Below are positions 20,511 to 30,432 of a DNA stretch of 64,000 bases, piece by piece (within the stretch, counting starts at the first letter, position 1; the number at the start of each line of letters is the position of its first letter). A program made the position numbers and the translations under genes. The stretch is from NCBI RefSeq assembly GCF_000738915.1, contig NW_026515634.1, positions 413,156 to 477,155 on the forward strand, read 5' to 3'. Source of the stretch: Nematocida ausubeli. Taxonomy: Eukaryota. A model generated the notes under the pieces. That model did no database searches. It was given only the letters and a program-made list of their open reading frames with translations, and was not told the origin of the DNA.

Positions 20511-21875
20511 TTATATCTTCATAAAATCGGCAAGCCTTCTTTTACAGTCTTCTAAATCGGCCAAGCTCTTCTTATACTGCGGGGTGTCAGTGCCATCAAG
20601 GCCTGCAAGGTGCTTTTCTAAGTCTGCAATCCTCTCCCTTAGCTCAATCTCAACCTTTGACTTTGGCTTGGCCTGTTCAGCCGGAAATACGCTATTTATA
20701 GGCACGTCCTTTCTTGCAGATATGCTTTCTGGAAGATCAATTCTGGAGAGAAGCCCGCTTCCCTGGACTATTCTGCTTTTTAGAAGTTTTATTGCTAGGC
20801 GCTGCTTATTGATAATTGCATCTTTCTCATCTCGCATTTTCTCTGTCTCTTTTATCATCTCCTGGTTCTCTCTTTTCAGGACGTCAAGCTCTTTATGGAG
20901 GGCCAGGATTTGGCTTCCAATTTGCATTTTGTCTTTTTGCATTTTCTCGTGCATTTCCTTCTCTCTGTGCATGCTTTCTCGGAAGACCCCTTCTATCTCC
21001 TGCAGAGAAGTGACCAGCTTCCCCACCTCACCTGCTGATATTTCCTTGTGCAGCTGCTCAATTGCGTCTGGCATTCCAAGAAGCAGGAGAATCCGGGTGA
21101 TCTGAACAGAGGCAGTTGTGGCCAATTTTGCAAGAGACGCTTCAGCTGCAGAGCACGAGGAAAATGAGGCCCGGACCTCCGTGATCTCTTTCTTGCGTAT
21201 CTTCAGCCGGGCCCGGCAGCTTGCAAGCTGCTCTTTTGTCTCTTTAAGAGCCTGCTCTGCAGCCTCTGCTCTCGCCTTCTGGTACGCTATCTCTGCTGTT
21301 GCGCTTTCTCTTTCCCTCTGCGCTGTTATCTCGCCTGCTATCCCCTGCCGACTCATAACTGCCTGCATCCCTGCCTTTTCTACTCTGCGCAGCGCATTTA
21401 GAAGCGTGCTATGCTCCACGCTGTGCTCTATGATTTGCTCTGGCTCTGCCTGCACTGTGTGCTCTTCAGCAGCCTGCGGATACTCGGTGCTCTCCTCTTT
21501 GTCTTTGCCGTATATGATCTGCTTAATCCTCTCCAGCCAGCCTACTTCGTCTTTTTCCTGTAATATCATGCTGTCTAGATCAGGCTTTTCTTCCATTACA
21601 TCTGGGCGTTCTGCCTGTTTCTCAATCATATTGTGCAGAGTTTCAATTCTTTTGCACACCTCTGCGAAGGCTGTGGTTACATGGCGGATGAGCTCTCCGT
21701 CTGCAGAGGACCGTGATGAGGCATATTCCATATGCGGAACAAAAGACTGGTCAAGAGTCTGGTTCTCCTTCATTATATCGTCATCCTGCAGCAGGGCGCT
21801 AATTGTGCCTGTTGCCATATCAGTCAAATTGCTTCTATACGAAATCTGCGAATGCTGCTGGGTGGAAGAAGCCAT
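20511..21875 (-). CDS. Coiled-coil protein of unknown function
   Basis: 454 aa ATG-started ORF with long E/K/A-rich heptad segments. Confidence 0.75.
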   Translation of the reverse strand: MASSTQQHSQISYRSNLTDMATGTISALLQDDDIMKENQTLDQSFVPHMEYASSRSSADGELIRHVTTAFAEVCKRIETLHNMIEKQAERPDVMEEKPDLDSMILQEKDEVGWLERIKQIIYGKDKEESTEYPQAAEEHTVQAEPEQIIEHSVEHSTLLNALRRVEKAGMQAVMSRQGIAGEITAQRERESATAEIAYQKARAEAAEQALKETKEQLASCRARLKIRKKEITEVRASFSSCSAAEASLAKLATTASVQITRILLLLGMPDAIEQLHKEISAGEVGKLVTSLQEIEGVFRESMHREKEMHEKMQKDKMQIGSQILALHKELDVLKRENQEMIKETEKMRDEKDAIINKQRLAIKLLKSRIVQGSGLLSRIDLPESISARKDVPINSVFPAEQAKPKSKVEIELRERIADLEKHLAGLDGTDTPQYKKSLADLEDCKRRLADFMKI

Positions 21876-21940
21876 TCAATATATTATATGGAAATTAAAA
21901 TACGAAATTATATTTGAAATAATTCTTTGGCAGAAAACCC

Positions 21941-21950
21941 ATAACCCGAA
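21941..21950 (+). promoter_or_regulatory. ATAACCCGAA recurrent intergenic motif, copy 2
   Basis: Exact 10-mer in the 160-bp divergent gap upstream of CCA1. Confidence 0.5.
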
Positions 21951-22035
21951 AATATGAAAAACCTCAAAAGTAAGCTGCACAAAGGAAGCAGCTCTGGAGA
22001 ACCAGATATTTAACACTTTTGTCTTTTATTTTTTC

Positions 22036-23421
22036 ATGTTTGATATTGGACCGGTCGAGGAGAGGCTTTTCAGGGAGCTGCTTATATATAATGAAGAGCT
22101 AGGGCTGCAGATGACCTTCAGAGTAGCAGGCGGGTGGGTTAGGGATAAGCTAATGCAGATACCGTGCGACGACATAGATATAGCAATAGACAAGAGCAGT
22201 GGTGCAGTATTTACAAATGGGTTTATGGAGTATCTGCAGGGAAAGTCCCAGGAAGTGCACGGATACCACGTGATTGAGTGTAACCATGAAAAGTCAAAGC
22301 ACCTTGAGACAGCGAGTTTAAAGTATATGGGCCTTTCTGTGGACTTTGTTGCGCTCAGAACAGAGGAGTATACAGAGACAAGGATACCAATTGTGCGGAC
22401 AGGAACCCCGCAGGAGGATGCAAACAGAAGAGATATCACAATCAACGCGCTTTTCTACAATATAAACACAAAGAGCATAGAGGACTATACTGGGCGGGGG
22501 CTGTCGGATATCAAAGAAGGGAAGATCAGAACGCCTCTAGACCCGATGGAAACCTTTCTAGACGACCCACTGCGAATACTAAGAGTTCTTAGGTTCGCGT
22601 CTCGGCTGTCCTTTGAGATTGTGCCAGAAATACTCTGTGTGCTGGGGGAAAAGAAGCTGCACAGTAAGCTCACCCAGGTTGTATCAAAGGAAAGGGTGGG
22701 GTATGAAATAAAGAAAACCCTGCTGCAGGAGGGGTATAAAAAAGCGCTGGCTGCACTGGCAGAGTACCAGATAGCGCAGGCGCTATTTCCAGACGCAGCA
22801 GTTACATGTGAGGAGGTTTGCCGGTTTATGGATGCGCTTGAGTTTATCCAAAGCACTCCCGGCCACCCAGTGCACGGGATTGAGAAAACACAAATATATT
22901 TGCTCCGGATATTTGCACTGCTTCAGAATAATTTTGGTGCACGGAAAGGAAAAGAGACACTTACTGAGCACATGGTAAAAGAGAACCTAAAATGGACAAA
23001 GATTGAAAGGACACAGATATCAAGCATTGAGAAAAAATCAGCAGAAATAGACGCACTTGTGGACTTGGATATTCCAGAAGAGGACAGGCTTGTACGAGTG
23101 GCACGCCGACTTGGAGAACATCTGGAGCACTCTCTTACTCTATTTGACATCCAGCAGAGAGCAAAGAACACGCAAAGAATAGATATTATTGGGCTATACA
23201 ATAGTATAGTCACCAAGGGATACAAAAAGGCATATTTAGAAAAGCATGTGGTAGAGTTCAGTGTAGTCAAAGACCTTCTGCAGATAGGCGAGAAAGATGT
23301 TAGCAGGTACATGGAGAGATGCACACAGCTATCACTTGTGCATAAAACAAAAGACCTTGAGTGCATTCTTCCTCTTCTAAAGCAAGAGTTTGACTTGCAC
23401 AAGGCAGAACAAAAAGAATAA
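22036..23421 (+). CDS. CCA1: CCA-adding tRNA nucleotidyltransferase
   Basis: RVAGGWVRDKL..DDIDIA, RRDITINALFYN and FLDDPLRILRVLRFA. Confidence 0.96.
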   Translation: MFDIGPVEERLFRELLIYNEELGLQMTFRVAGGWVRDKLMQIPCDDIDIAIDKSSGAVFTNGFMEYLQGKSQEVHGYHVIECNHEKSKHLETASLKYMGLSVDFVALRTEEYTETRIPIVRTGTPQEDANRRDITINALFYNINTKSIEDYTGRGLSDIKEGKIRTPLDPMETFLDDPLRILRVLRFASRLSFEIVPEILCVLGEKKLHSKLTQVVSKERVGYEIKKTLLQEGYKKALAALAEYQIAQALFPDAAVTCEEVCRFMDALEFIQSTPGHPVHGIEKTQIYLLRIFALLQNNFGARKGKETLTEHMVKENLKWTKIERTQISSIEKKSAEIDALVDLDIPEEDRLVRVARRLGEHLEHSLTLFDIQQRAKNTQRIDIIGLYNSIVTKGYKKAYLEKHVVEFSVVKDLLQIGEKDVSRYMERCTQLSLVHKTKDLECILPLLKQEFDLHKAEQKE

Positions 23422-23603
23422 ATGCAATTTGTTTATATTGGGCTATATCTTCACATACTCATAGAAGCCGTATAGATCTGGCTATTACTAATGATTAGGC
23501 GAATAGATTCAATTAAATTTCATTAAAAAATCCGTACTGTATTTTAAATATAAACTGACAGTTTATGCACACTATACTTCTTTCTATATATTTATATTCA
23601 GAG

Positions 23604-23613
23604 TTCGGGTTAT
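23604..23613 (-). promoter_or_regulatory. ATAACCCGAA recurrent intergenic motif, copy 3
   Basis: TTCGGGTTAT on +, within a 15-mer identical to 41914-41928. Confidence 0.5.
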
Positions 23614-23932
23614 ATGGATGTACGAGTAGGAGATTTATAAGAATTTCTGGATTCTAATTTATAATAAGAAAAGATGCTTTCATGAGTATATTCTCACATA
23701 AATAGGTATAACAGAGACAGAAGCACAGATAATGGGTGCGCTGCGTGCTTCAAGAGTATGCATATCTGCTATTTATTTTTCTATATACCATACTACGCTT
23801 GTATGCTACTAAGTGCATACAGGGAAAAATCTGTTCGAAAGAAGCTGCAGAATAGCTTACAGAAGAGAAGGACATGGTCTTCCCATCTCAATATAACTCG
23901 AATATAGAACAGAAACACCTGGTATGAAGTGG

Positions 23933-24193
23933 TCACTGCGCATGTGTGAAGAACCCTTCCAGAATACTCTTGAGAATATTTTGCTCTGCAGGATACTCGT
24001 TCTTCGCGACAGACAGAATGTGCTTGCAAATAGCATACTCCTTGCATGTGCAGCCGGCTCTGTTGCCTTCGATTATGACATACTCCCCTTCTGCATAGAA
24101 GTACTCAATGCCGTCCTGGCACATTCTTCTTGTCTGCACGGTCTTTTCTGGGCCTGCAACTGCGTATGTAATGAGGCTGATAGGCGTAGGCAT
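23933..24193 (-). CDS. Small SWIM zinc-finger protein (possible Sws1/ZSWIM7-like)
   Basis: 86 aa; CTC-x5-CKH-ILSV SWIM-type motif; ATG at 24193, head-to-head with RRP12. Confidence 0.65.
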   Translation of the reverse strand: MPTPISLITYAVAGPEKTVQTRRMCQDGIEYFYAEGEYVIIEGNRAGCTCKEYAICKHILSVAKNEYPAEQNILKSILEGFFTHAQ

Positions 24194-24223
24194 AAGCACA
24201 ACGGAAAATGAAAATTTTTATTA

Positions 24224-26824
24224 ATGAGTAAGCCAGCAGAAGAACAGTCTGATAGAATGGCAAATATATTAGAAGAGCGAATAAAAGGGGCCTTGCAGAA
24301 AAAGGGGGTAGAGCCCACCCAGCAGGAAATGTGGCTGGCCTCCTTCGATCTTTTGAGGGAAAGCGTGGAAACAAAGGGGGTCTACGTAGAGGAGAGTCTT
24401 AAAATAGCAAGCAAGTATGCGCCAGAGCAGCTTGGGGAGCAGGCAGATGCTGTCAGAGTCTGCCTAAGCAAGATAGCACACTCGACCGGAGGAAAGAGCT
24501 GGGGAGACAAAGGGTTTGTGCAGCTGATGCTTAAGACAGTCTTTACGCCAGAGGCCTTTGCAGACCAGGATCTAATAGGGCGTGTGATCGACCAATGCAT
24601 GGAGAAGTCTCCAAAGACAAGAAAAAGAGCAATTCCTGTTCTGCGCAGAGTAATCCAGCACGAAGACAGCACAACTGGAGAAAGCAAAACATTTTTAAAG
24701 CTAGTTGCAGAAGTGGAAATGCTAGTGAAGGTGAACCAGACGCACTCAGGGAGAATGGTTTCAATTCTGAGCCAGCTGATGCAGGAGATCATAAAGTACG
24801 GAGTGGCAGAGAAGATGCTTCACATTGCGCTTTGGCTGCAGAAAGAGAGCAGAATAGCAAGTGTGCAGGCAATTACCTTTTCCGATACTTTGCTAAAGGC
24901 GAACCCACAGCAGTTCTTGCATATGCACCTTGCAGTGGCAGAGGATGCAGCCGGAAAGGGATGCGGCTCGCAGGAGGATCTCCTTATTCTGCTCAGCTAT
25001 ATCGCGGACATCATGAGAAACAGCGCGGGCCTGTCTCTTCAGACCGGGTGCGAGTTCGTTATCCAGAGCGAAGAGTCTGCAATTGAAGAAAGCATAAAAG
25101 AGCTAATCAAGAAGGAAATTGGGAACAGCAAGAGAATGCCACAGCCTGTCTGCGAAGCAGTTCATAATCTGCTGCTTGCTCTGAAGGGACGAGTGGCCCT
25201 CTTCCCAAAGCTTATTGTTGTGCTTGCGCAGTACTGCTTTAACGAGAAGGACATGCGTATGAATAAGAGCATCGAGCTGATTATTGGGAACATTGGGGTA
25301 GATAAGTTTATGAGCACTATAAAAGAAAGAGAGTTCATATTCTGGCTGCCAATGATAAAGTCTGCTGTGCACTCAACTGACATTGAGGTGTTTGTGCGCC
25401 GCTTTATGCCAGAAATTGAAGCAGAGAAGAGAAAGGAGGACAAGACAGACTACGAGGCATTTTGGTCGTGCTTCCCATCTTTCTGCCGAGGCATGAAAGA
25501 CTCAAACGGAGTCTTCGCGCATCTTATGCGGCAGATGCCGTACTTTATGTCCAGCCCAGCCGTGAGCGGATATATTTCGCAGGGAATAACAATTCTAATT
25601 GAGGAGGCACACAGAGACATGGGGGCTGACGCAGCAACCATAACCCTGAAAACCAACATTCTCAAAACATTCTCAATTGCAATTGACCTCTTTGAGAGGC
25701 TTGTGCTGAGGTTCAAGCAGAACCCAACAGACAATGAAAGAGAGGCCATCCGGTCTCTCACAAAGGTTCTGGATGGGGCGTGGCAGAGAAGATACTATGC
25801 AGATATAATCAGCAGAGCCTTTGTGTTTAGTGGAGAGTTTTTCACTGGAGAGATAAAGCCAGACATCAAAAGAAAGGAGAACGATGTGCCAGAGACAGAA
25901 AGGGTCTTTATAGAGAATGCACCAATCCTTGAGATTGTAGCACACAACTACACACAGGATGCAAAATTCACAGAGGGCGTGCTGAGGTACGTGGTGTCCA
26001 CGCATCTAAGAACACAGAAGATGGGGTACAAGGTGCTGCACGCTCTAATCCAGGGCGGGTTCTGCCCAAGGTCCCTGTGCGATTTCTTTATGGACCAGCG
26101 CACGGATGACGTGCTTTTCCAGTGCAGCAGGCACCTGAGAATTCTTGTTATCTACGAAATCATCAAGAGACACAACATACAAGAGGGTCCTCTCCTGTGC
26201 AGAGCAGTGTTTGAGATTGTCCGGACAGTCCGCACGGAAGGCGGCCGCAACAGAAAGGCTGCCTTTGACATCATCAACGAAATGTCTGCAACATACCCAG
26301 CTGCAGTGCTTGATGAGGTGTGCAAGATGGTTATGGCAGGAATCCCCACGGGCCTTGTGGACTACCAGGCAGGAGGCATTGCCATTCTCTCCTCGCTTCT
26401 GTACCAAGGAAAAGAAAGCCTGTCTGCAGAGGTCGTAGAGATGGCAGTTCAAATAGTTGAGAGCCTTTCTGCAGAAAACAAGTATGCAGTTGGAAAGGCA
26501 TCTATTGGAATGCTGTCTGTCGTTCTGATTGAAATGGACCTGATTGACAAGTATCTGAGCCGGGCTCTCGTCTGCATTGACAGAATCATATTCCACTTCA
26601 AGATGAAGCTGGGCGAGAACATAAAGCTCATTCTGCGCAAGATAATAGAGAAGAAAGGGTCTTCTATACTGTCTGTGCCACAGAAAGAGCTGGTGAACTA
26701 CAAGGCAGCAGGGCACCGCCAGGAAGAGGAGCAAAGGATTGTCACAGACGCAGATGGAAAGATGCGAATAAAGGACCAAAAGTTCGTTAGAAACAACAAA
26801 GGAAAGCGAGTAAAGCGATCATAA
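24224..26824 (+). CDS. RRP12: Ribosome biogenesis HEAT-repeat protein Rrp12-like
   Basis: WLPMIKSAV..DIEVFVRRFMP, FWSCFPSFC, QKMGYKVL, NRKAAF and C-terminal DGKMRI/basic tail. Confidence 0.75.
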   Translation: MSKPAEEQSDRMANILEERIKGALQKKGVEPTQQEMWLASFDLLRESVETKGVYVEESLKIASKYAPEQLGEQADAVRVCLSKIAHSTGGKSWGDKGFVQLMLKTVFTPEAFADQDLIGRVIDQCMEKSPKTRKRAIPVLRRVIQHEDSTTGESKTFLKLVAEVEMLVKVNQTHSGRMVSILSQLMQEIIKYGVAEKMLHIALWLQKESRIASVQAITFSDTLLKANPQQFLHMHLAVAEDAAGKGCGSQEDLLILLSYIADIMRNSAGLSLQTGCEFVIQSEESAIEESIKELIKKEIGNSKRMPQPVCEAVHNLLLALKGRVALFPKLIVVLAQYCFNEKDMRMNKSIELIIGNIGVDKFMSTIKEREFIFWLPMIKSAVHSTDIEVFVRRFMPEIEAEKRKEDKTDYEAFWSCFPSFCRGMKDSNGVFAHLMRQMPYFMSSPAVSGYISQGITILIEEAHRDMGADAATITLKTNILKTFSIAIDLFERLVLRFKQNPTDNEREAIRSLTKVLDGAWQRRYYADIISRAFVFSGEFFTGEIKPDIKRKENDVPETERVFIENAPILEIVAHNYTQDAKFTEGVLRYVVSTHLRTQKMGYKVLHALIQGGFCPRSLCDFFMDQRTDDVLFQCSRHLRILVIYEIIKRHNIQEGPLLCRAVFEIVRTVRTEGGRNRKAAFDIINEMSATYPAAVLDEVCKMVMAGIPTGLVDYQAGGIAILSSLLYQGKESLSAEVVEMAVQIVESLSAENKYAVGKASIGMLSVVLIEMDLIDKYLSRALVCIDRIIFHFKMKLGENIKLILRKIIEKKGSSILSVPQKELVNYKAAGHRQEEEQRIVTDADGKMRIKDQKFVRNNKGKRVKRS

Positions 26825-27067
26825 ATCAATGCGATGAGGATTAAATAAACAGATAAACAATTTCATCTTTGCCTTGAATTTATACTATACAAAGCGCAGC
26901 ATTATATGCTCTGTGCCTGGGCAGGCATTCGTGCTCATCTGTCTCTGCACGTGCATATATAAGAGGGCCAGATATTTGGCTGCGTTTACGCTGCTTCTGG
27001 GTATTTTTTAAATAATTTGAATTATGCAGTCTCTGGGTATATAGAAGATCTATTTTTTATTTTTCAA

Positions 27068-29908
27068 ATGTGGACAGCAAATAAGCTAAGAAATGCATTT
27101 ACAGAATACTTTGAGAAAGAAGGGCACACGCACTGGAGATCCTCCTCGGTCAACCCAGACGACCCAACTCTTCTCTTCACAAACAGTGGAATGGTCCAGT
27201 TTAAGAAGAAGTTTTTAGATCTGGCGCCTGCAGACACCGCATACGGCCAAATGAAAAGAGCATGCAACTACCAAAAGTGCATCAGAGCTGGAGGAAAGCA
27301 CAATGATCTTGACGACGTGGGGAAGGATACATACCACCACACGTTCTTTGAAATGCTTGGAAACTGGAGCTTTGGAGACTATTTCAAAAAAGAGGCAATC
27401 CACTTTGCATGGACGTTCCTTACAGAGGTGCTTAAGCTAGACAAAGACAGGATCTATGTGAGCTACTTCAATGGAGACCCCTCGCAAGGCCTGCCATGTG
27501 ACACTGAGTCGCAGGAGTTGTGGAGGCAGTACTTGCCAGACTCCAGAATACTGGGATTCGGGGCAAAGGAGAACTTCTGGGAGATGGGGCTTGTTGGGCC
27601 GTGCGGACCGTGCTCTGAGATACACTATGACAGAATTGGAGGCCGAGATGCATCAGGAATTGTCAATCAGGATGACCCTGATGTTTTGGAGATCTGGAAT
27701 GTTGTGTTTATACAGTACAACAGAGAAGAGAGCGGGCTTTCCGTTCTGCCTAAGAAGCATATTGATACAGGAATGGGGCTGGAAAGAGTTCTGAGCATCC
27801 TGCAGAACGAAAAGAGCAACTACAACACAGATCTATTTGTGCCGCTTTTTAAGACAATTGAGAGAGTTCTGGGCGTAGAGCCATACACAGATAGACTGGA
27901 CAGCAAGAAGGACATTGCGTACAGAGTAATAGCAGACCACAGCAGGACACTAACGATCTCTCTTATGGACAATGTTATGCCCAGCAGCGATGGAAAGGGG
28001 TACACAATTCGGAAGATACTTAGAAGAGCACTTGGCTTCCAGTATTTGCATCTGAAGAAGGCACCAGGCCTTCTGCCCATTCTAGCCGAGCAGGTATTTG
28101 GAGATTTCAGCCAGGTCTACCAAACCGAGCTGTCCGCGCAGGCCATAGTGCAGATTATCACAGAGGAAGAGGCGCAGTTTACAAAAACACTGAGCAAGGG
28201 GCTGTCTATTCTAATGGACATGCTGGAGACAGCAAAGAACGTAGAGGATGGCGCAAAGAAGGTTCTTCCAGGCGCATCAGCCTTTGTTCTCTATGACAGA
28301 TATGGGTTTCCAATTGACTTAACCATGGCTGTGGCAGATCAGGAGGGCGTGGCAGTGGATGTCGACGGGTTTAAGGAGGCGCAGGCAGCAGCCAAGGCAC
28401 TTTCAAAGGGCACCCAGAAGAGCACAGAAAGCCTGCACCTCACGGTGCATGACCTGGATGCGCTTGACAAAGCACTCAAGAAAAGGCCAACCGTTGATAG
28501 GTATAAGTACAGCGAAGAGCCAATAAGCGCCAGGACTGTGGCTGTTAAGCAGGCAGGCGAGATAGTATCTGTGAGTGAGCTAGAAAACCCAGCACCAGCA
28601 GGCGAGTTTGGAATCATACTTGACCAAACCTCATTCTACAGCGAGGCTGGCGGCCAAGAGGGTGATGCAGGCACAATTATCTTTACGCACAAAACAGCAA
28701 AAGACGCAGGTGATCTAGTTCGCATGTTTTCTGGCCTGACAGTGAAGAACACAAAAACTCCAAAAGAAGGAAACATATCAGGCATATTCACAGTTCGCGA
28801 TACAAAGAACTACGGGCGGTATGTGATGCATATAGGTACGCTTGAGGGATCCATTACGGAAAGCGCAGTGTGCACCATTGATGTAGGCAGGAGAAGGCGG
28901 CTTGCACATGCGCACACAGGCACACATCTGCTAAACTACGCCCTATCCCAGACACTCTCCAAGGCAGGAGGAGAAGAGATCCGGCAGTGCGGCAGCTTGG
29001 TGAGTGAGGACTTGCTGAGATTTGACTTCCACTACAATGCCCCGCTTTCAAAGGCTGAGATTTCTGCAGTTGAGGAGATAATCAACAGCATTGTGGAGAG
29101 AAAGGAGGCTGTGACTGTGGAGTATCTTCCCTACACGTCAGCCGTGCGCATTGAAGGCATCCGGCACATGAAGGACGAAGAGTACCCAGAGACTGTGCGT
29201 GTTGTGAGCGTAAAGAACACTTTGGACAAGAGCAATGCTCGCACAAGCACTATCACCTCAGCAGAGCTGTGCGGAGGAACCCATGTGGAAAACACAGGGG
29301 ACATTGGAAGAGTCCGCATAGTGGGGGAGTCTAGCATATCAAGAGGCATCCGGCGAATCACCGCAGTCTGCTCAGAGCGAGCAGTTGCTGCAGAGAAAGC
29401 AGTGGCAGAGATCCGGGCAATCAAGATGGCGCCAGCAACTATCCAGGAAATAAGAGACCGGATAGACACCACTGACATTCCGCTTGTGGATGCCAGTCAG
29501 CTCCGCGAGTCTCTAGAAGAGTTCCAAAAGCAGCAGATAAAGGAAAGAAAGAAGCACTTCGATGGCGAAGCTGTACGTCTTAAGGAGGCTCTGAAGGGCA
29601 CAGAAGGAAAGGTAATGTTTGTCTGCCACACATTTGCAGAAACTCCTGTGCAGCAGGTGAATAAGCTTATGGGCGGTCTCATTCAGGCCCTTGAAAAGGA
29701 AAAGAGAGAGGGTCTTGTTCTGTATGAAGCAGAAAAGGACGTAGTGATAAACGGAATTCTGAAGGATGGCGTAGAGCATGTGAAGAGCGCGTTTAAGGAG
29801 CTCTCTGCAGATAAAGCCAAGATTGGAGGAAAGTCGCCCAGAGTGATGGGTGTTGTTTCTAGCGGTATAGAGACAGTTCAGTCTGCACTTTGTGGTCTTA
29901 TGAAATAA
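27068..29908 (+). CDS. ALA1: Alanyl-tRNA synthetase
   Basis: DDPTLLFTNSGMVQFK, HHTFFEMLGNWSFGDYFK, IDTGMGLER, HTGTHLL and ELCGGTHV; first ATG at 27068. Confidence 0.98.
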   Translation: MWTANKLRNAFTEYFEKEGHTHWRSSSVNPDDPTLLFTNSGMVQFKKKFLDLAPADTAYGQMKRACNYQKCIRAGGKHNDLDDVGKDTYHHTFFEMLGNWSFGDYFKKEAIHFAWTFLTEVLKLDKDRIYVSYFNGDPSQGLPCDTESQELWRQYLPDSRILGFGAKENFWEMGLVGPCGPCSEIHYDRIGGRDASGIVNQDDPDVLEIWNVVFIQYNREESGLSVLPKKHIDTGMGLERVLSILQNEKSNYNTDLFVPLFKTIERVLGVEPYTDRLDSKKDIAYRVIADHSRTLTISLMDNVMPSSDGKGYTIRKILRRALGFQYLHLKKAPGLLPILAEQVFGDFSQVYQTELSAQAIVQIITEEEAQFTKTLSKGLSILMDMLETAKNVEDGAKKVLPGASAFVLYDRYGFPIDLTMAVADQEGVAVDVDGFKEAQAAAKALSKGTQKSTESLHLTVHDLDALDKALKKRPTVDRYKYSEEPISARTVAVKQAGEIVSVSELENPAPAGEFGIILDQTSFYSEAGGQEGDAGTIIFTHKTAKDAGDLVRMFSGLTVKNTKTPKEGNISGIFTVRDTKNYGRYVMHIGTLEGSITESAVCTIDVGRRRRLAHAHTGTHLLNYALSQTLSKAGGEEIRQCGSLVSEDLLRFDFHYNAPLSKAEISAVEEIINSIVERKEAVTVEYLPYTSAVRIEGIRHMKDEEYPETVRVVSVKNTLDKSNARTSTITSAELCGGTHVENTGDIGRVRIVGESSISRGIRRITAVCSERAVAAEKAVAEIRAIKMAPATIQEIRDRIDTTDIPLVDASQLRESLEEFQKQQIKERKKHFDGEAVRLKEALKGTEGKVMFVCHTFAETPVQQVNKLMGGLIQALEKEKREGLVLYEAEKDVVINGILKDGVEHVKSAFKELSADKAKIGGKSPRVMGVVSSGIETVQSALCGLMK

Positions 29909-30138
29909 ATTAGCAAGTGTGCTTATTTTGTGCTATATCTATTACTTAGTTTACACATTAATTTTTCTGATTCTGCGCCTGTTTTACACTGCACTGTGAT
30001 ACTTCTCATTGAATATAGAATAAGTGGTATTTATATACTTTCTGTACATATATTATTAAAAATCCAGAGAACGCACTAGTCTCTGCAATAAATGGCTATC
30101 ACTACGGGAGCATATACAAAATTATTTATTGGCACAGG

Positions 30139-30423
30139 CTAAGTCTTTTTCTGCTGCTTTGTAGTCTCTTTGTAGTGATTTCCAATCATGCGCATGACAC
30201 GCACACTTTTTATCCCAATAAACAGGTATATAGCAAGTAGAGTGCACACAATAATAGCAGCCACCGCGTTGAAAAGAATGTGCTTGAATGGACCAACTTC
30301 ACAGGCATCCAAAACTGCAAGAAGCATCCACCCTCCTCCAGCAAATATCAGAAACAAGCCTAAATACTCTGCGTGCCCTTTTTCCAAGAGCTCTGAAAGG
30401 GAGAATCCATTGGTTTTTTTCAT
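30139..30423 (-). CDS. Small two-TM membrane protein of unknown function
   Basis: 94 aa from the ATG at 30423; two hydrophobic helices and a basic C-tail. Confidence 0.6.
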   Translation of the reverse strand: MKKTNGFSLSELLEKGHAEYLGLFLIFAGGGWMLLAVLDACEVGPFKHILFNAVAAIIVCTLLAIYLFIGIKSVRVMRMIGNHYKETTKQQKKT

Positions 30424-30432
30424 AGTAAAAAA

